From NCBI GenBank assembly GCA_032718475.1, contig JAUCBJ010007712.1:41721-105720 (forward strand): DNA of 64,000 nt, in the 5' to 3' direction. Made by a program: the position numbers and the translations under genes. This DNA comes from Nemertoderma westbladi (taxonomy: Eukaryota > Animalia > Xenacoelomorpha). Each line of letters starts with the position of its first letter. The stretch's first letter is position 1. The notes beneath the pieces are model-generated. The model was not told the origin of the DNA. It searched no databases and worked only from the letters and a program-made list of their open reading frames with translations. Below are positions 28,106 to 41,373 of the stretch, piece after piece.

Positions 28106-29542
28106 CTGTAAGGAGGAGTGGAAGGAGAGGCCCACTGGGTCGGTACTGGGGTGGGTTAGGGCTAGGCTTTCCATCGCCTTGGTCCGGGCAGTAGTGGGTC
28201 TGTGTCTGATGGGCGGCCAATAGGGCTGGACGCGACGGCACGACGGCGCAGGGATGGCGGTGGTTTAAAACCCATTTTTATCCATAAACCAATACGGATT
28301 CCGAAAAAAACATAATTGTAATTGGTTATGAAATTGTCATATAAAAGTACAGTAGTTGTGGTGGTTGTTTGACTCCGACTGGTATGGTTTATTATTGCAA
28401 GTGGTATTGTATTTGTAATGTCAGGAATAATGTTGTAACCACCTATATTATAATAAATATTCAACGAACCGATTAGTGTCTTAATTCAGGAGATAAATGC
28501 TCTCCCCATTAAATTTTATATGTTCCCAATTAAATTCATTATTATTAATAGTAACAATAAGTATAATAATAAGGTTGAGACCCCTGGATCCCTTCCTATA
28601 TAATATATTAAATTCATGGCTTTTTGATAAAAAAAACCGCTATATCTTAGGGACTCTTCTTCATTTACAATTAATTCTTTATTAACAAGATCCCACACAT
28701 AAAGGTGGATATATGGATATGCAGTACGGTTTATATGTTGCGCAACTTTTAGTACCTTCTTGCTTTTTCACCCGCTTTTACAACAGCAAATGTTATTATA
28801 TTTTTGCGGCATTTTTAACTGTTAATAGTATTTCTGCAATTTGTGAACCTTCCTTAACTTTAACTGTGTACTTAAAATAATATTCTAAACTATTATTGAT
28901 ATAATACAGTATAATATACTGTGATCTGTAGTTCCTGGAATTCACTTGTTTGTTTTATTTTTCTACCTACTGTATATACACAAGTCCAAATCCACTCCAA
29001 GTCTTCACGATAATCCCTGTCACTTTGCCACACCCGACGGACCGCGTGCACCTCTCAGCGACGGTCCTCACAATTATACTGGGGCTGGAAACTTTCCAAT
29101 CTCATTAATTTGTTTTATATCCAGGTGTTACAGAGAAAGAATTATGTATTGGTAATACTGATAATTTGCCTTATAAAGTTCAGTTCCCTATATTAATTTG
29201 CCTTCTTGCACAGTATTGCGAATAATTATTTTGTTCAATAACAGTTCGCAGTTCGGGGTTATTGGCAACACGGAGCAGCAGTATAACAATGCTATACTGT
29301 ATTTGCCGTTGTTTTCCCCAGCAAAGGCCTCGTATAATAGAGTAATTGTACTGCCAAAATCAGTAGTTAGTGTATTATTAATCATACTAGGTTCATGGTT
29401 AATATACACTACCCTTTCATTGTAGCGAGTGGTTAAAGACGGCCAAAGTACAGTAGGATTGAGTGACAGTTGGGTGGCCATGAGGACGTAAATTGCGGAC
29501 ATACATGGTATACGGTAGTATTTCCAGGTTTACCTTTACCCG

Positions 29543-29720
29543 AGCCGCTAGCGAAATGGTTAGAGCGGTAGACTTCCAACCTGGAGGTCACCAGTTCGAT
29601 CCCACCTAGACATTCGTGCCGACTTTGCTAAGCTGTGCACAACGTAAAGTTATAATATCGATTATGGGCGTGGTGCTACGAGCTAGCTTGTGGCGCTGAT
29701 TGGGTAATTTCACTTCAGGT
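29543..29720 (+). mobile_element. tRNA-derived SINE or degenerate tRNA-like head
   Basis: A box TAGCGAAATGG, a CTTCCAA loop and B box GTTCGATCC, with poor stems. Confidence 0.6.
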
Positions 29721-31061
29721 TTTGTACATTAGGCCCTATAATAGAATACAGTACATTACCTACATACACCAATGCCTCACTCATCTATTTATAAAACTGA
29801 AAGGGATGATGCCTTTAGCTTGCTATTGTTCGACTCCTTGTGCCTTGACCGAATACATTAGCAACAACACTGATAGTCTTCTTGAATTCTTAAACAGGAA
29901 GCTAAACTCTGCTTCCAACACAGGCTCTATACTGCGGTTCCAGTTCCACGCATCTATGCTGAAAGTGTGGCTCGGGCCCGAGGGAAAACCGTGTGCGTGC
30001 AATGCAATCCATATCCCGTGTAATCCCCAATGCCTGCTGCACATAGCTTTTACCTGTCCTAATATTAATAGAGGTAGATAAGCCCCTGGTCCTTCCTTGC
30101 TTAGTTCCTGGGTTATGTTCAATCAGGAGTACAACTTTGTTTTGCCGGCATCCTATTAGTCCATTTCTTCTCGGCTGGCTCCACCCTGCTGCGCGATTTC
30201 AAAGGCGGGCTGGAGCTTTCTAACAATATTCCCAGTCATGTTGTGCATTATAACTGTATTCACTATCATATAAATTCTCCATTTTATATTTGTAATTTTA
30301 TTACCGCTCTGCCAGTCTGCAGGCAGGTGGGGTGTGAAGAGGGTATGATGAGTGAATCCACCTGCCACAAGTACAAGTACAACAACTGAAAGTCTAATCA
30401 GCTAATACCCACTCAATTACTTATACCTACTCATGTAGGCCTAGGCTCTAAAAATTTTAATCGCAATCAGGCGATCGCAAAATGAAACACAGCCTACCCT
30501 ACAGTACTGCAGTAGGCTGGTAGGCCTATATATATATATATATGTATATAACATATGATATAAGACTACTAAAGTCTGAAAGTTACTCGGGGCCTACAGT
30601 CAGACAGTACAGTACTGCAGTAGGCCCAGGCCCAGCTGCCCAGAGGCCTAGCTGCCTAGTGCAGTTATATTTGTGCTACATAGTTAGACCTAGCCTACAG
30701 ATACAGACCTACTATTAATAAATAATTAATAAATAATAATTGTGTTACCGGTGATAAATTATTTTATAATTTTGTTACATAAATAATATGTAATAGGCCT
30801 ACTTCAGTACTTTAATACAGTAGGGCCTAATACAGTGTAATACACCATGTCCTCATGTCCAAGATTATAGTGTCGTACGTAATACTGTCTGACTGTAATA
30901 CAGTGATACGCCCCCCCCCCCCCCCCTAATTTTTCTACAAATCTTAATGAGATTGCATGAAATTTGAAACAGAGATAGTTTCACATCCCGACCACTAACT
31001 GCAGGACTGGGTGAGCCAGAATTTTTATTTTTGCTTCCGGCCTATAGGGTAAGGGTATAAC

Positions 31062-31371
31062 AATTTTATAATTTATTATAAATAATTTTATAATTTTTTA
31101 TAAATAATTTTATAATTTATTATAAATAATTTTATAATTTATTATAAATAATTTTATAATTTATTATAAATAATTTTATAATTTATTATAAATAATTTTA
31201 TAATTTATTATAAATAATTTTATAATTTATTATAAATAATTTTATAATTTATTATAGGCCTAAATAATTTTATAATTTATTATAAATAATTTTATAATTT
31301 ATTATAAATAATGTTATAATTTATTATAAATAATTTTATAATTTATTATAAATAATTTTATAATTTATTAT
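31062..31371. repeat. Nearly pure-AT minisatellite, 22-bp unit AATTTTATAATTTATTATAAAT, about 14 copies
   Basis: Directly visible; it lies just upstream of a splice acceptor TTTTTTATTCCTTTAG (ending 31421). Confidence 0.95.
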
Positions 31372-31616
31372 CTTGTATATTCTGCCAAATCTGCAAATTT
31401 AATGTTTTTTTATTCCTTTAGGTTTAAAAAAACCTTACGGAATACGGTAATTATTAATTACTTTCGTAGCTTACCGCGGTAGCGAATTTAGCACAATCAA
31501 GGACAACCAAATCAATAGGCCCTACGGTAGTTCTGTGGTTATTGCTTGCCTGTAACAGTGTAAAGGTGAAGGCACAGTGCAGCAGTGCGAGTGCCTAGCT
31601 GCCTAGATACTAAAAA

Positions 31617-32620
31617 ATGGACCCTTCTTTGAAAAAGTATACCAATAGCCCATCTAATCCCGCGTGTCAGTCGATTATGGACAAAGTGAAGAACGAACGA
31701 ACTCGCCGAATAAGTTTCGATTCCATCATCGATTCCAATAAGATTAATTACTCGAACGACAACCCCAATCCTCGTAAATCCCGCCGACGCGTCAGCACAG
31801 GGAGTTCGGCATACCAACCGCGATCCTCTTCCAACGAGAAACGGGTTTACCGTTTATCTTCCACGCCCGGGAACGGGAATGGCCCGGGCGACTCGGTAAA
31901 TCTCGAGTACCGAAACGTGGAGGAGTGGTTGGACTCGCATTCGGACTTCGTTGTCGACTACTTCCAGAGGAAAGCATCGCGCGCCATGGTAGACAGTTGG
32001 TTGCTCCGTCAGGCCTTCTCGTCTCCCCGCGACGCCGACTCGCTTCCGGGGTCAGTCGGTTCCGGATCACCGCGTCCGGATTCCGGTACCAACACTCCGA
32101 ATCGTCTGATATTCGCGGGAACCTCGGAACTCCAACTCCTCATACCGGACTCCCGGATAATGTCGACCGATGTCGACGGCAACCCGAGTTTCATTAACAC
32201 AGACGACGTCGCCAGAAAGTCTCCCCGCATTATGAAGTCTAGTAGAAGTCTCTTTAAACTCAGCCAACTGGACGACCGTCAATTGATGTTGGAATTGATT
32301 AAAGACATACAGAACGACTTGGACCTCACCAACTTGTGCCACAAAATACTTCAGAACGTGATCTTCCTAACGGCTGCGGATCGCAGCTCCTTGTTCCTCG
32401 TCACGGACGACGGTAATCGGCGATCTCTCGTCTCCAAGGTCTTCGACGTTAGCTCAGAGTCTACCGCTAACGATATGTCTAGCGACCCCATAGTGATACC
32501 TTGGGGTGCGGGAATCGTAGGCTACGTTGCCCAAACCGGCGAGGTGGTTAATATAGCCGACGCCTACCAGGATGATCGTTTTAACAAAACAATCGACTAC
32601 AAAACGGGATATTGTACGAG
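31617..32620 (+). CDS. Dual-GAF cyclic-nucleotide phosphodiesterase (PDE5/6/11 type), coding exon 1: N-terminus and GAF-A
   Basis: VEEWLDSHSDF, ADRSSLFLV, GIVGYVAQTGEVVNIADAYQDDRFN. Donor AG|GTGAGT at 32621, phase 2. Confidence 0.95.
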
Positions 32621-32752
32621 GTGAGTTATAGTGTTTCTGTCCAATCAGTAAATCAGGGTAGGTAGAGTCTGGTTGACTTAAGGTTGTTTATCTAGTACAG
32701 TAGTAGGCCCATCTGCAGATCTGGTTGAATTGACGTGGTTTTTACTTTTTAG

Positions 32753-34553
32753 ATCTCTGCTTTGCATCCCGGTGAAGAATCACAATGGTGACGTCATTGG
32801 TGTAGCTCAGGTTATCAACAAGAACGGTCGCGGTTCCCCAGAAGCCTTCACCGAGGTCGACCTCAACATCTTCCAGAACTACCTCGTCTTCTGCGGCATC
32901 GGTATAAACAACGCGATCCTGTACGAACAGTCGATACACCAGAACAAGCGGAGTCAGCTGCTACTCGAGTTGGCTAAGGACGTCTTCGACGAACAAAGTA
33001 CTTTACCTCGCCTTGTCACTCGTATATCGATACATCTACTGTCGCTACTCAGCTGCCAACGCTGCTCCGTGTACATCGTCGAGAATCCCACCGTAGGCGA
33101 CGGAATATTCTCCCAGGTTTTCGATTTGGATGCGGACGAACTCAGTAAGTACTCGTCGGATATTCCGGATAGCATCATCGACTCCAAGTTCCCAGTGTGT
33201 AAAGGGATAACCACGCACGTGGCTCTCACCGGGGAGACGCTGAACATACCGGACGCCTACGCCCATCCGCGCTTCGACCAAGCGGCGGATTCTGCGTCCG
33301 GATTCCGGACCAAAGCGCTGCTCTACATGCCGATACGGAATCAACACGGAGAGATTGTGGGAGTCACGCAACTCGTCAACAAACTCGACGGCTCCTGTTT
33401 CAACAAGAACGACGAGCATTTCTTTGAGGCATTCGCGATCTTCTGTGGGTTGGGCATCAACAACACTCGCCGTTACGAGAGCTCGTGTCGCGCGGTCGCT
33501 AAGCAGAGCGTTGCGCTCGACGTGTTGCGTTACCACGCGGTCGCAGCCGAAGAGGAAGCCCGTAGGTTCAGTGAGGGTCCCGTACCCAGCGGCCGGATCC
33601 TCAACCTTCACGACCTCCGATGCAACGATATCGACCTCAAAGATACCGAGACTCTCCAAGCCTGTCTCCGTATGTTCGTCGACCTCGACTTCGTGGAGAC
33701 ATTCAGTATCGACTATCGCACGCTCTGTCGCTGGCTGCTCAGCGTGCGAAAGAACTACCGCAAGATGACGTACCACAATTGGCGACACGCTTTCAGCGTC
33801 TCACAATTCATGTACGCCGCACTCAGGGCCACCGGCCTCCACAAAGAGATCGGGCAACTCGAGACCATGGTGCTGATCGTGGCTTGTCTCTGTCACGACC
33901 TCGACCACCGCGGCACCAACAATAGCTTCCAGAAGATCAGCGAGTCGCCTTTAGCTAAACTCTACTCTACGTCTCCGCTGGAACGCCACCACTTCGATCA
34001 CGCCTTAATCATATTGAACAGTAAAGGTTGCTCAATCTGGGAGAACCTCGATCAAGATACCCACTCGCGGGCCGTTAAGATACTCGAACACGCTATCCTC
34101 GCCACGGATTTGTCCTACTATTTCAAGAATCGGGAGACGTTTTTCTCTGCGGTCAACGCGGGATTGTTTAACATTAACAGCACCGTCCATCGCGGTATGC
34201 TGCGGAGTATGCTGATGACCGCGAGCGACCTCTGCCACTCCGTAAAGCCGTGGGATCTACATTTTACCGTCTCTAACTTGGTGGCCAGCGAGTTCTTCGA
34301 TCAGGGCGACATCGAGAAAAAGATGAATTTCACTCCAGTGGAGACAATGGACCGCGATAAGAAGGGCGAGATGCCCCGCCTGCAGGTCGATTTTATCGAA
34401 GTTATCTGTTTGCCTTTGTACGAATCGTTAGTTAAACTCTGGCCCTCCCTTCATCCCATCCTGTCGGGATGTCGGTTGAACCACGAGCGCTGGGTGGAGA
34501 TGCAGTCCTCCGTCCCGCCGCTGGGGGGCTTCCAGGAGACTGGGGTCTCCTGA
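32753..34553 (+). CDS. PDE coding exon 2: rest of GAF-A, GAF-B and class I catalytic domain (spliced protein 934 aa)
   Basis: Acceptor TTTTTACTTTTTAG|A restores TGYCTR-SLLCIP. Motifs YHNWRHAF, CHDLDHRGTNN, LERHH, ILATDL, TASDL, EFFDQGD and the invariant Gln in PRLQVDF. Confidence 0.96.
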
Positions 34554-37500
34554 CTAGGCGTAGGTGGGGCCTGGTCTCGTTGTCTGCGCGCCATGTTCAG
34601 TTGTGCGTGTTCGCAGTCTGGTAACATTCACTGAATGCATTAGGTAGACCACGGCAGGGAGAAGCAGAGATATACTATTTGACTTAATTCTACGTAAGAT
34701 AAAAATTTGAATTCATATTTAATTTTGGAATAATTTATAGTTATAATACAAGATGGCAAATAAATGGCCCAAACTCACAACAAGTGTACCAAATGGCATT
34801 GAAATTTTTTTTATCAAATCAAAAAGTTATAAAATTATACATCGTTCGAAAATTACTGTACAGTATTGGTGAGGTAAACATTAATCTGAAAAAATTGTTA
34901 ATCATCAACTGCGTTTTATAGAAATTCGAATACAAATAAATTGTGTCCATCTGCAAAATTCATTAAAAAAGATTTGAGCTTTAAAATATATTATGAATTT
35001 GTCATTCAAATATCTTTAAAATCCATCCAAATACCAGAAATTACAAATTTTTTGGAAGTAATCTCTTTGATAATATCTTTCTGACAAGCTTACATTTCCA
35101 TGACTACCGTGAACAGAAACACCTTGTTTGCCCACTTTTTTTGAGTTTGTCCCTTATGTGTGACATCTTGCTTTACGTAAATTTTATATCGATTATTTAT
35201 ATTATATTATAAATTACATTTATATAATTTAATAAACCTCAGAGAGATATATTATTGCGTGAGATGCACTCACTCTACTGACTATATACATTGTTTGGAT
35301 ACCCGGTGTGTCCACAGTGCGCAACCATGTTATGTAATTAGTCGAATTATCGTGTCCTTTCATTCAGGAGCCATTAGTATTTGTTTCGTATCTGTAAGTT
35401 TTTAGTAGAAATATTATTGATATTGTTCTTTTAATTTTTTAACCTTTAATTATTTGTGCTAGTAAATTAATTTTAATTGTGCCAACTAATTGTTCCGTTG
35501 GTGTTAGTTTTAGTATCAATTAATTGTTATCGTTGCTTTGACGTTCCTTATCGTGTCATTAATTTAAAAATAATTGAATGCCGTAATATAGTAGAGTTAA
35601 GATTGTAAGAGACCCTTTTTATACACAACAAAACTATCAAACCGGGATATTAAATCCGGAAATATACTAAATAAATTACATAATATAAAATAAAAGGTTT
35701 ACTACGGAATAATATTGATAGATTTAGTGATGTTCTAGAATTGAATTAATTGTAAAAGAAGATGTGTGATTCAATGGGTAGGTAAACATAAACAGCTGTC
35801 CCGCGGACATTAAGTGATTCCTTGGCAATCAGAATCCTCATGAATCATGGGCGTAAAATGTTCGGAATTTTGCCAATAACTTTGTAAACGTGAAGGTTAT
35901 GTAACTACAGTAGCTTCAGTTCAGCGGAACCTGGAATATGCTGGGGGTGTGAGCAAGATGGATGGATAGTGTGAGAGTTCCCCACCTTGGGAGGTGGCGC
36001 ACAACCCAGCCTGGCAGTTGACATGACAGCCTATAGAGAGGGAATTTCAAATTTAATTTGCTTTACTAGTATAGCAGAACCTGCTGGAGCTTATTGCAAA
36101 TTTTCAGTTAGGGCACTGCAGTAGGCCTACCGATGAAGTAAATATAACAGTCATAATTGTCAATTATGGTTTTTACGAATTATTCACTGCATATATACAA
36201 ATTATGTTATAAATAATGACAAAATGTGAAATTATTTTGAGTTTTAAAGAAAAATATAACTATTTTACCACATTATACAGGTTTGCAATGCGTTATTCGG
36301 TAGATCTTACCAAAAAAATTCATATCTGTGATGGTGATGGATATCAAATAAGAATTTGAACGCAACACCTAAGTACAAAAAAACAAGGTATAGCGACTGT
36401 GTCTCGTACTTAATCTTCTACAAATATATGTGAGAAAAAGTTAGACCCATTCGAGACTCCTCAGTCTGTACTGGGTGTGCTTGCCTATGCGAGAACTAGT
36501 ATCAGTTAAGTTGCAACCACACCCTTCTACATAATCGAATAACTGTGATTAAATGTCGCCATCCGAAACACATTACATTGAATTGGATTGATTTGAGGGT
36601 TAATGATTACGAATCAACCTTCCGAGGGTGATCATTAACCCTGCAGATTGTATTGGATTAGTTAATGTGACAGCTGACAACCATTTGCGATACCCACTCA
36701 ACAGTCGACACAATACATTTGGAATATTAATTATTTCTTTTTTCTCGAGCGTCACTGGAGCGGAAATTGTTCTGCGACTGCCACACACCTGGGATTAACA
36801 CACTGGAATATTGATTAGCAAGTCCTAGCCCATTCAGAATGTTAATTACTACTCATTTATTCCTTCCTACTTTCCCTTTCCCATTAGTAGTTTTCCCCTT
36901 TGTCCGGTTTGGCAAGATAACGACTTTGGCGGTTAAGTGATAGTAACTGCCCCCGGACTTTTTCGGAACTTTATAAATAATATATCTACTATGATAATCA
37001 CATGGATCAATAATATTACGGGTACATCATAATGAATGGTGCCGAACTAGCAGGGTTTCAGCCTTTAATTGAGTTTTTTTTTGTTTATGGAATATTTCAA
37101 ACTCACTCACAGATCTCTCGAACTGTAGTTATCGGGTTAGATTATGCTTATATATATATTCTTCAAAAAGAACCGATATAAACGCTATAACGGACAGACA
37201 TTGTTAATGTTAATTAATTATAAATTGAGGGAAAGGACCAGGTTATAGTAGAAGGCTATTTGAAACAAAGCAATAAACGAGAGTCAACAGCACATGTTGC
37301 AGTTTAATATGTTGTAGTTTGCCGTGGTTTCGGTTATCTGTGTAGCATTACACTACAGACTTCATGTACACCCTAACTGACCTGAGATTAACATCATGGC
37401 TTAAACTGATTAATTGAAAAAAAAAAAATTGAAACCTGATTTGACTGTGTTGATTAATTGAAACCAATTATATTTATTCCATTAAATCAATTTTCTCAAT

Positions 37501-38499
37501 TTTTAATGGCATTGGGAAGTTCACTGGGGGCTTCCATTCACAGCGGCATACATTCCATTAATATCAATTCCATTAATATCTTGCTGAGCAGACAATATTA
37601 ATTTATTATCTTGACCGCAATTATGACACGATTGCATGAAGACGTATAGGGCTTACTTCTTGACGTATGCAGATGTATTCCACTTGAGTAATATAGACGA
37701 TAAGGTTCGTTTAGTTACTGGAATAATTCATTGTTCACGTCGTCACTGAGCTATGCGCGACTCCGCAGCGTGTCGTCGGGCCTATCTATGCTCGGTAAAG
37801 AAAGCGGAAGGTGTAAGAAAATGATGAATTTTCAACATTATCGTTGTAGTTACATAAAACAGAATCGATCTAATGTTTTCTAAACATAAAATAAGAATTG
37901 TTTCACTTTAGTTTCACGTTTTACTGGTCTTTGGTTAAATTTCTTAAATCTTAATATTGATATAAAATCTCCGGAAAAAAATAAAAGAATAAAATTCAGA
38001 ATAAAATCTTAATATTAATATTGAACGATTCTACTGTATCACAAACTCGGTGTTTGTGATTCAGTAGAATCGCTCAATATTAATCTGTATCTCATAACAA
38101 CGCCTCGTGCTGCGCGAAGGCCCTGTATTCGCTGTTTAATGAGCATCAAAAAACATATTTTCAATTTTGCATACAATGGATGAATCTGATGAAAGTAATT
38201 GGAAGTAATTGCGATTCCTGACAGGGGGGGACCTGTCTGCATAAAGCCTTATTGTATAAGTGACTGCGAGAAGCACGCATGCCGCAGGCTTTCGCTGTTA
38301 CTGTACGTCCATTAAAAAGGATACGGAAATGATTAATGCATGTGAGCAGATGATTATTTACACTGGACTTGATTAAAACTAGTCACTAATTGGTTCTTTG
38401 TACGGCTTCATTCCCCCAACACAGAACCCAATTTGTCCGTCATAGGGCCAAAGGCTATTTCTCCACCAATATTTGTGTAAATTTGTCGTAATTGGGAAT

Positions 38500-39150
38500 A
38501 TAAGTTCAGACATATAAGTTCAATACTTGTTATGAGATAAAGTGATGCCGGGGATATCTTCATATTGAAAAGTTATAGTCCGGTTTCAATTGAAAGTAGA
38601 GGTAACTTACTTAGGGATCCAATTATTGAGAAAGCGGAAGATTTCTTTTGTTGGATATGTTCGGAGAAACATAGGGAAGGCTGTAGAGTTAAACCTAAAT
38701 ATTCGTAACGATTTGTTATAATGAGGGGGGTTGCATTGTATGTAAAATTATCATTTTTAGTGAGGCGGCTGGCTTTACGAAATTTCATTATTTTTGTTTT
38801 CTTGATGTTTACAGTAATATCGTTTAGGATACACCAGTCGTGTAGAACATCAGGACACATTGGAGTTCGGCTCCATCAGTTGAGTATAAAACCAGGTCAT
38901 CCACGTAGAAAATGAGCTTTATTAGATTACAGACATTTAGAATTGTGTGGGCGAGGTCGGTAATGAATATAAGGAAGCAGGTTGCTGAGAGACAGTCTCC
39001 ATGGAGGATTCCGCGGAGCTGCTTAATAGCGTTGGTTAAACGGAGGCCGTCGTAGATTCTGATGGAGTTGTCTAGTAGTTATTTAATAATGTCGTAGGTT
39101 TTCCCACGGATGCCGAGTTGGTATATCTTGTAAAGGAGGACCGCCATACT
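38500..39150 (-). mobile_element. Decayed LINE RT fragment, related to the 60709-63537 element
   Basis: KTKIMKFRKASR...YEYLGLTLQPSL parallels KTKIVKFRKGGR...YEYLGITLQPSL. Confidence 0.85.
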
Positions 39151-39650
39151 GACGACGTCGAAGGCCTTACGGAAGTCGACGAATGCGGCCTACAGAACGC
39201 GCTTGCCGTTTCGGTTTGGTTATAAATAGCATTAAATTTATTAACTAAAAATTTCAAAACGCTGTCTGACACTTTTATGCAGGGTTGCTATGTAAACAAC
39301 CACAGAAATTTTCAGGCAAGTTGCTCAAAAATTGTAGAAGTAGTAGGGTTTTGAAGTTGACAATTTCTCAAACAAAATATTGTGAAATAATAGACCTTTC
39401 ATTATACATAGTAATAGTAATTTCAATAGGTCTCCCTAAATGGCAATTGTTATAACTTATGAAAACTTAAAGAGCGGTTTTCAAATTTGGAAACACCATT
39501 TAATCGTGCATTATAATAGATCATAAAAATAATTTCGACATATTTTGGACCAAAATGGTGTACCCCCCTCCCCCATAATATTAGTTTAGGTGACGTAGGT
39601 GTTGACCCTTTGTCCTAGTTGACCATTGCACAGTAACGCTATCTTGACCA

Positions 39651-40050
39651 CCGGTGTACAAGGCTGAGATAACTAACTCCCTCTTGAAATGACTCCCCAT
39701 TCATCTCAGCCTAGTCTGAGAACACTCATCAGTCGTCTCAGCCTAGTCTGAGAATACTCCCCAGTTATCTCAGCCTAGACTGATAACACTCCCCTTAGGC
39801 TGAGATGACTCACCTAATTGAGTTATAATTCATATCCGTACCTGTGTTATTTTCGTATATTGCATAAATAAAACTGTAACCTATGTTATTGAGTTATCGT
39901 TTATTGTTTTGGTTAGAAAAGCCCGCCACTGTAACCTGCTCCTTTCCGTTAATTAATAAATCTAGGGAGAAATGGGAAATGTTCTCAGCCTAGGCTGAGA
40001 AGTCCGGGGAGTCAAATTTGGTGGGGAGTTATCTCAGCCTGTTATACCGG
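39651..40050. mobile_element. MITE with 24-bp TIRs and internal tandem TCTCAGCCTAG repeats
   Basis: CCGGTGTACAAGGCTGAGATAACT ... AGTTATCTCAGCCTGTTATACCGG, with three units of about 33 bp at 39700-39795. Confidence 0.7.
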
Positions 40051-40141
40051 CACTGTGTTTACTAACAATGAACAGCTGACTTCAACTCTGGTTGAAATTC
40101 AAATAAAGAAAGTAAAACAGTTTAATTCGCCGTTAGGATTA

Positions 40142-41373
40142 TGTAAAAGCTTCTGTGGGATATAACTGGCCCCTTTTGCTTCGCAATCCAGTTTCCCCCA
40201 GGCGCTGGAATACTCTAAAAAGGTTCTCTAACTGTATATATATTCCCCTCGCCCGCAAGGTACCGTTACAGGTGTTTTAACGGACATAAAAGTCATTCTG
40301 CTATATACGTGTTTTGGCGGACATGGTAAGGCAAAAAACCTGTAATGCACCAACTACCTTTCACAGCTTAGCCGTGATGATTCATATTACGACATCTAAC
40401 AGCTGGTTGCTGATGACATGGAAACAGCCATTGGATGCATGGTTCTTTGTTTGGCTTGAGCCAATCAGAGCGATTTTTCCTGTCGACGTGTAGCTTTTCG
40501 GTCGATCATAAGGAGAGTGTTCAGTCTTACTGCTTTTACTTGATACTTTGTTGTTATTGCTGTCTAAGCCAGAAACACCGGCTCTAAGAACTCTAGTAAA
40601 ACTGCTTAGATTATAGAAAGTATAACTGTTACCGGCGGTGTTACCTCACTTAATTTAACTGCACTAATCATATTGTTTGTACTGCTATTTACCGTCAGTT
40701 ATTAATTGTATCTATTTGTTGATGGAAATATTGCTCTTTGGAGAATACGGATAAATCACCCAAAATTCCCAATTTTCTTGATACACTACAGGTTAGAGAG
40801 GCGGGCTATATATAACAATTGCGATTTATATCAATGTGGTGTGTATTGAATCTAATGTTATTTAGTAGACACTACCTGAGTCAATTGCTGTTCTCTTTAT
40901 GTGTGATCAAATATACTGACGGTCGGCAGAATAGTGTGCATGATTGTGAGTGTGATGTGACTGGTAACAAAGCATTTCCTAAAGAATGCGACTTATACTT
41001 TAATCATAAGCCTTATCGTTGCGTTTAGTATAAGTCCTAGCTCTGTTTAAATAGATAGAGCGCCACGTCCTAAAGGAACTGTTAATATTTCCCGAAAGTT
41101 AATAATATCTGTCAGAAATTACATATTAGTGATCTATCGAATAATACAATAGGTTTACACTGCAACCTTACACTGCAATAATAAAATCTAAGCATCCGAA
41201 TTCAGCCTCCCGGGTGTAGATCCATCGGGTGAATGATCGCGCATGGGCTGGCTTCGGCTAATGTTTTGTTTATTAGCATAAAATATTGTCGTATGCTAAA
41301 GGTGTGTTAATTAACTAAAAGACATATAAATTTTGGCAGGTTAAACTGCTAAAGGTCTTCAAAAGCGCGAACA
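40142..41373 (+). repeat. 5' LTR (1232 bp)
   Basis: Matches 51087-52315; the only difference I found is a 3-bp TGA indel near 40412. CCAAT at about 40461, Inr-like TCAGT at about 40521, AATAAA at 41180-41185. Confidence 0.97.

Noticed and set aside
28140-28175. Telomerase-template-like CCTAGCCCTAACCC on the minus strand
   Set aside because: Imperfect match with no pseudoknot evidence; the adjacent sequence reads better as a splice acceptor region.
29543-29620. Functional tRNA gene (also the minus-strand head at 52720-52792)
   Set aside because: The acceptor, anticodon and T stems do not pair properly; the sequence is better explained as a SINE head.
31539-34238. Antisense and alternative-frame ORFs over the PDE gene
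   Set aside because: Expected shadows of GC-rich coding sequence.
40410-40450. Hammerhead-like CTGATGA-CATG-GAAAC in the 5' LTR
   Set aside because: No stem I or III with a UH cleavage site could be formed, and the 3' LTR lacks the TGA.
40819-41028. 69-aa ORF duplicated at 51761-51970
   Set aside because: It starts at TTG, has no motifs, and is duplicated only because it lies in the LTR.
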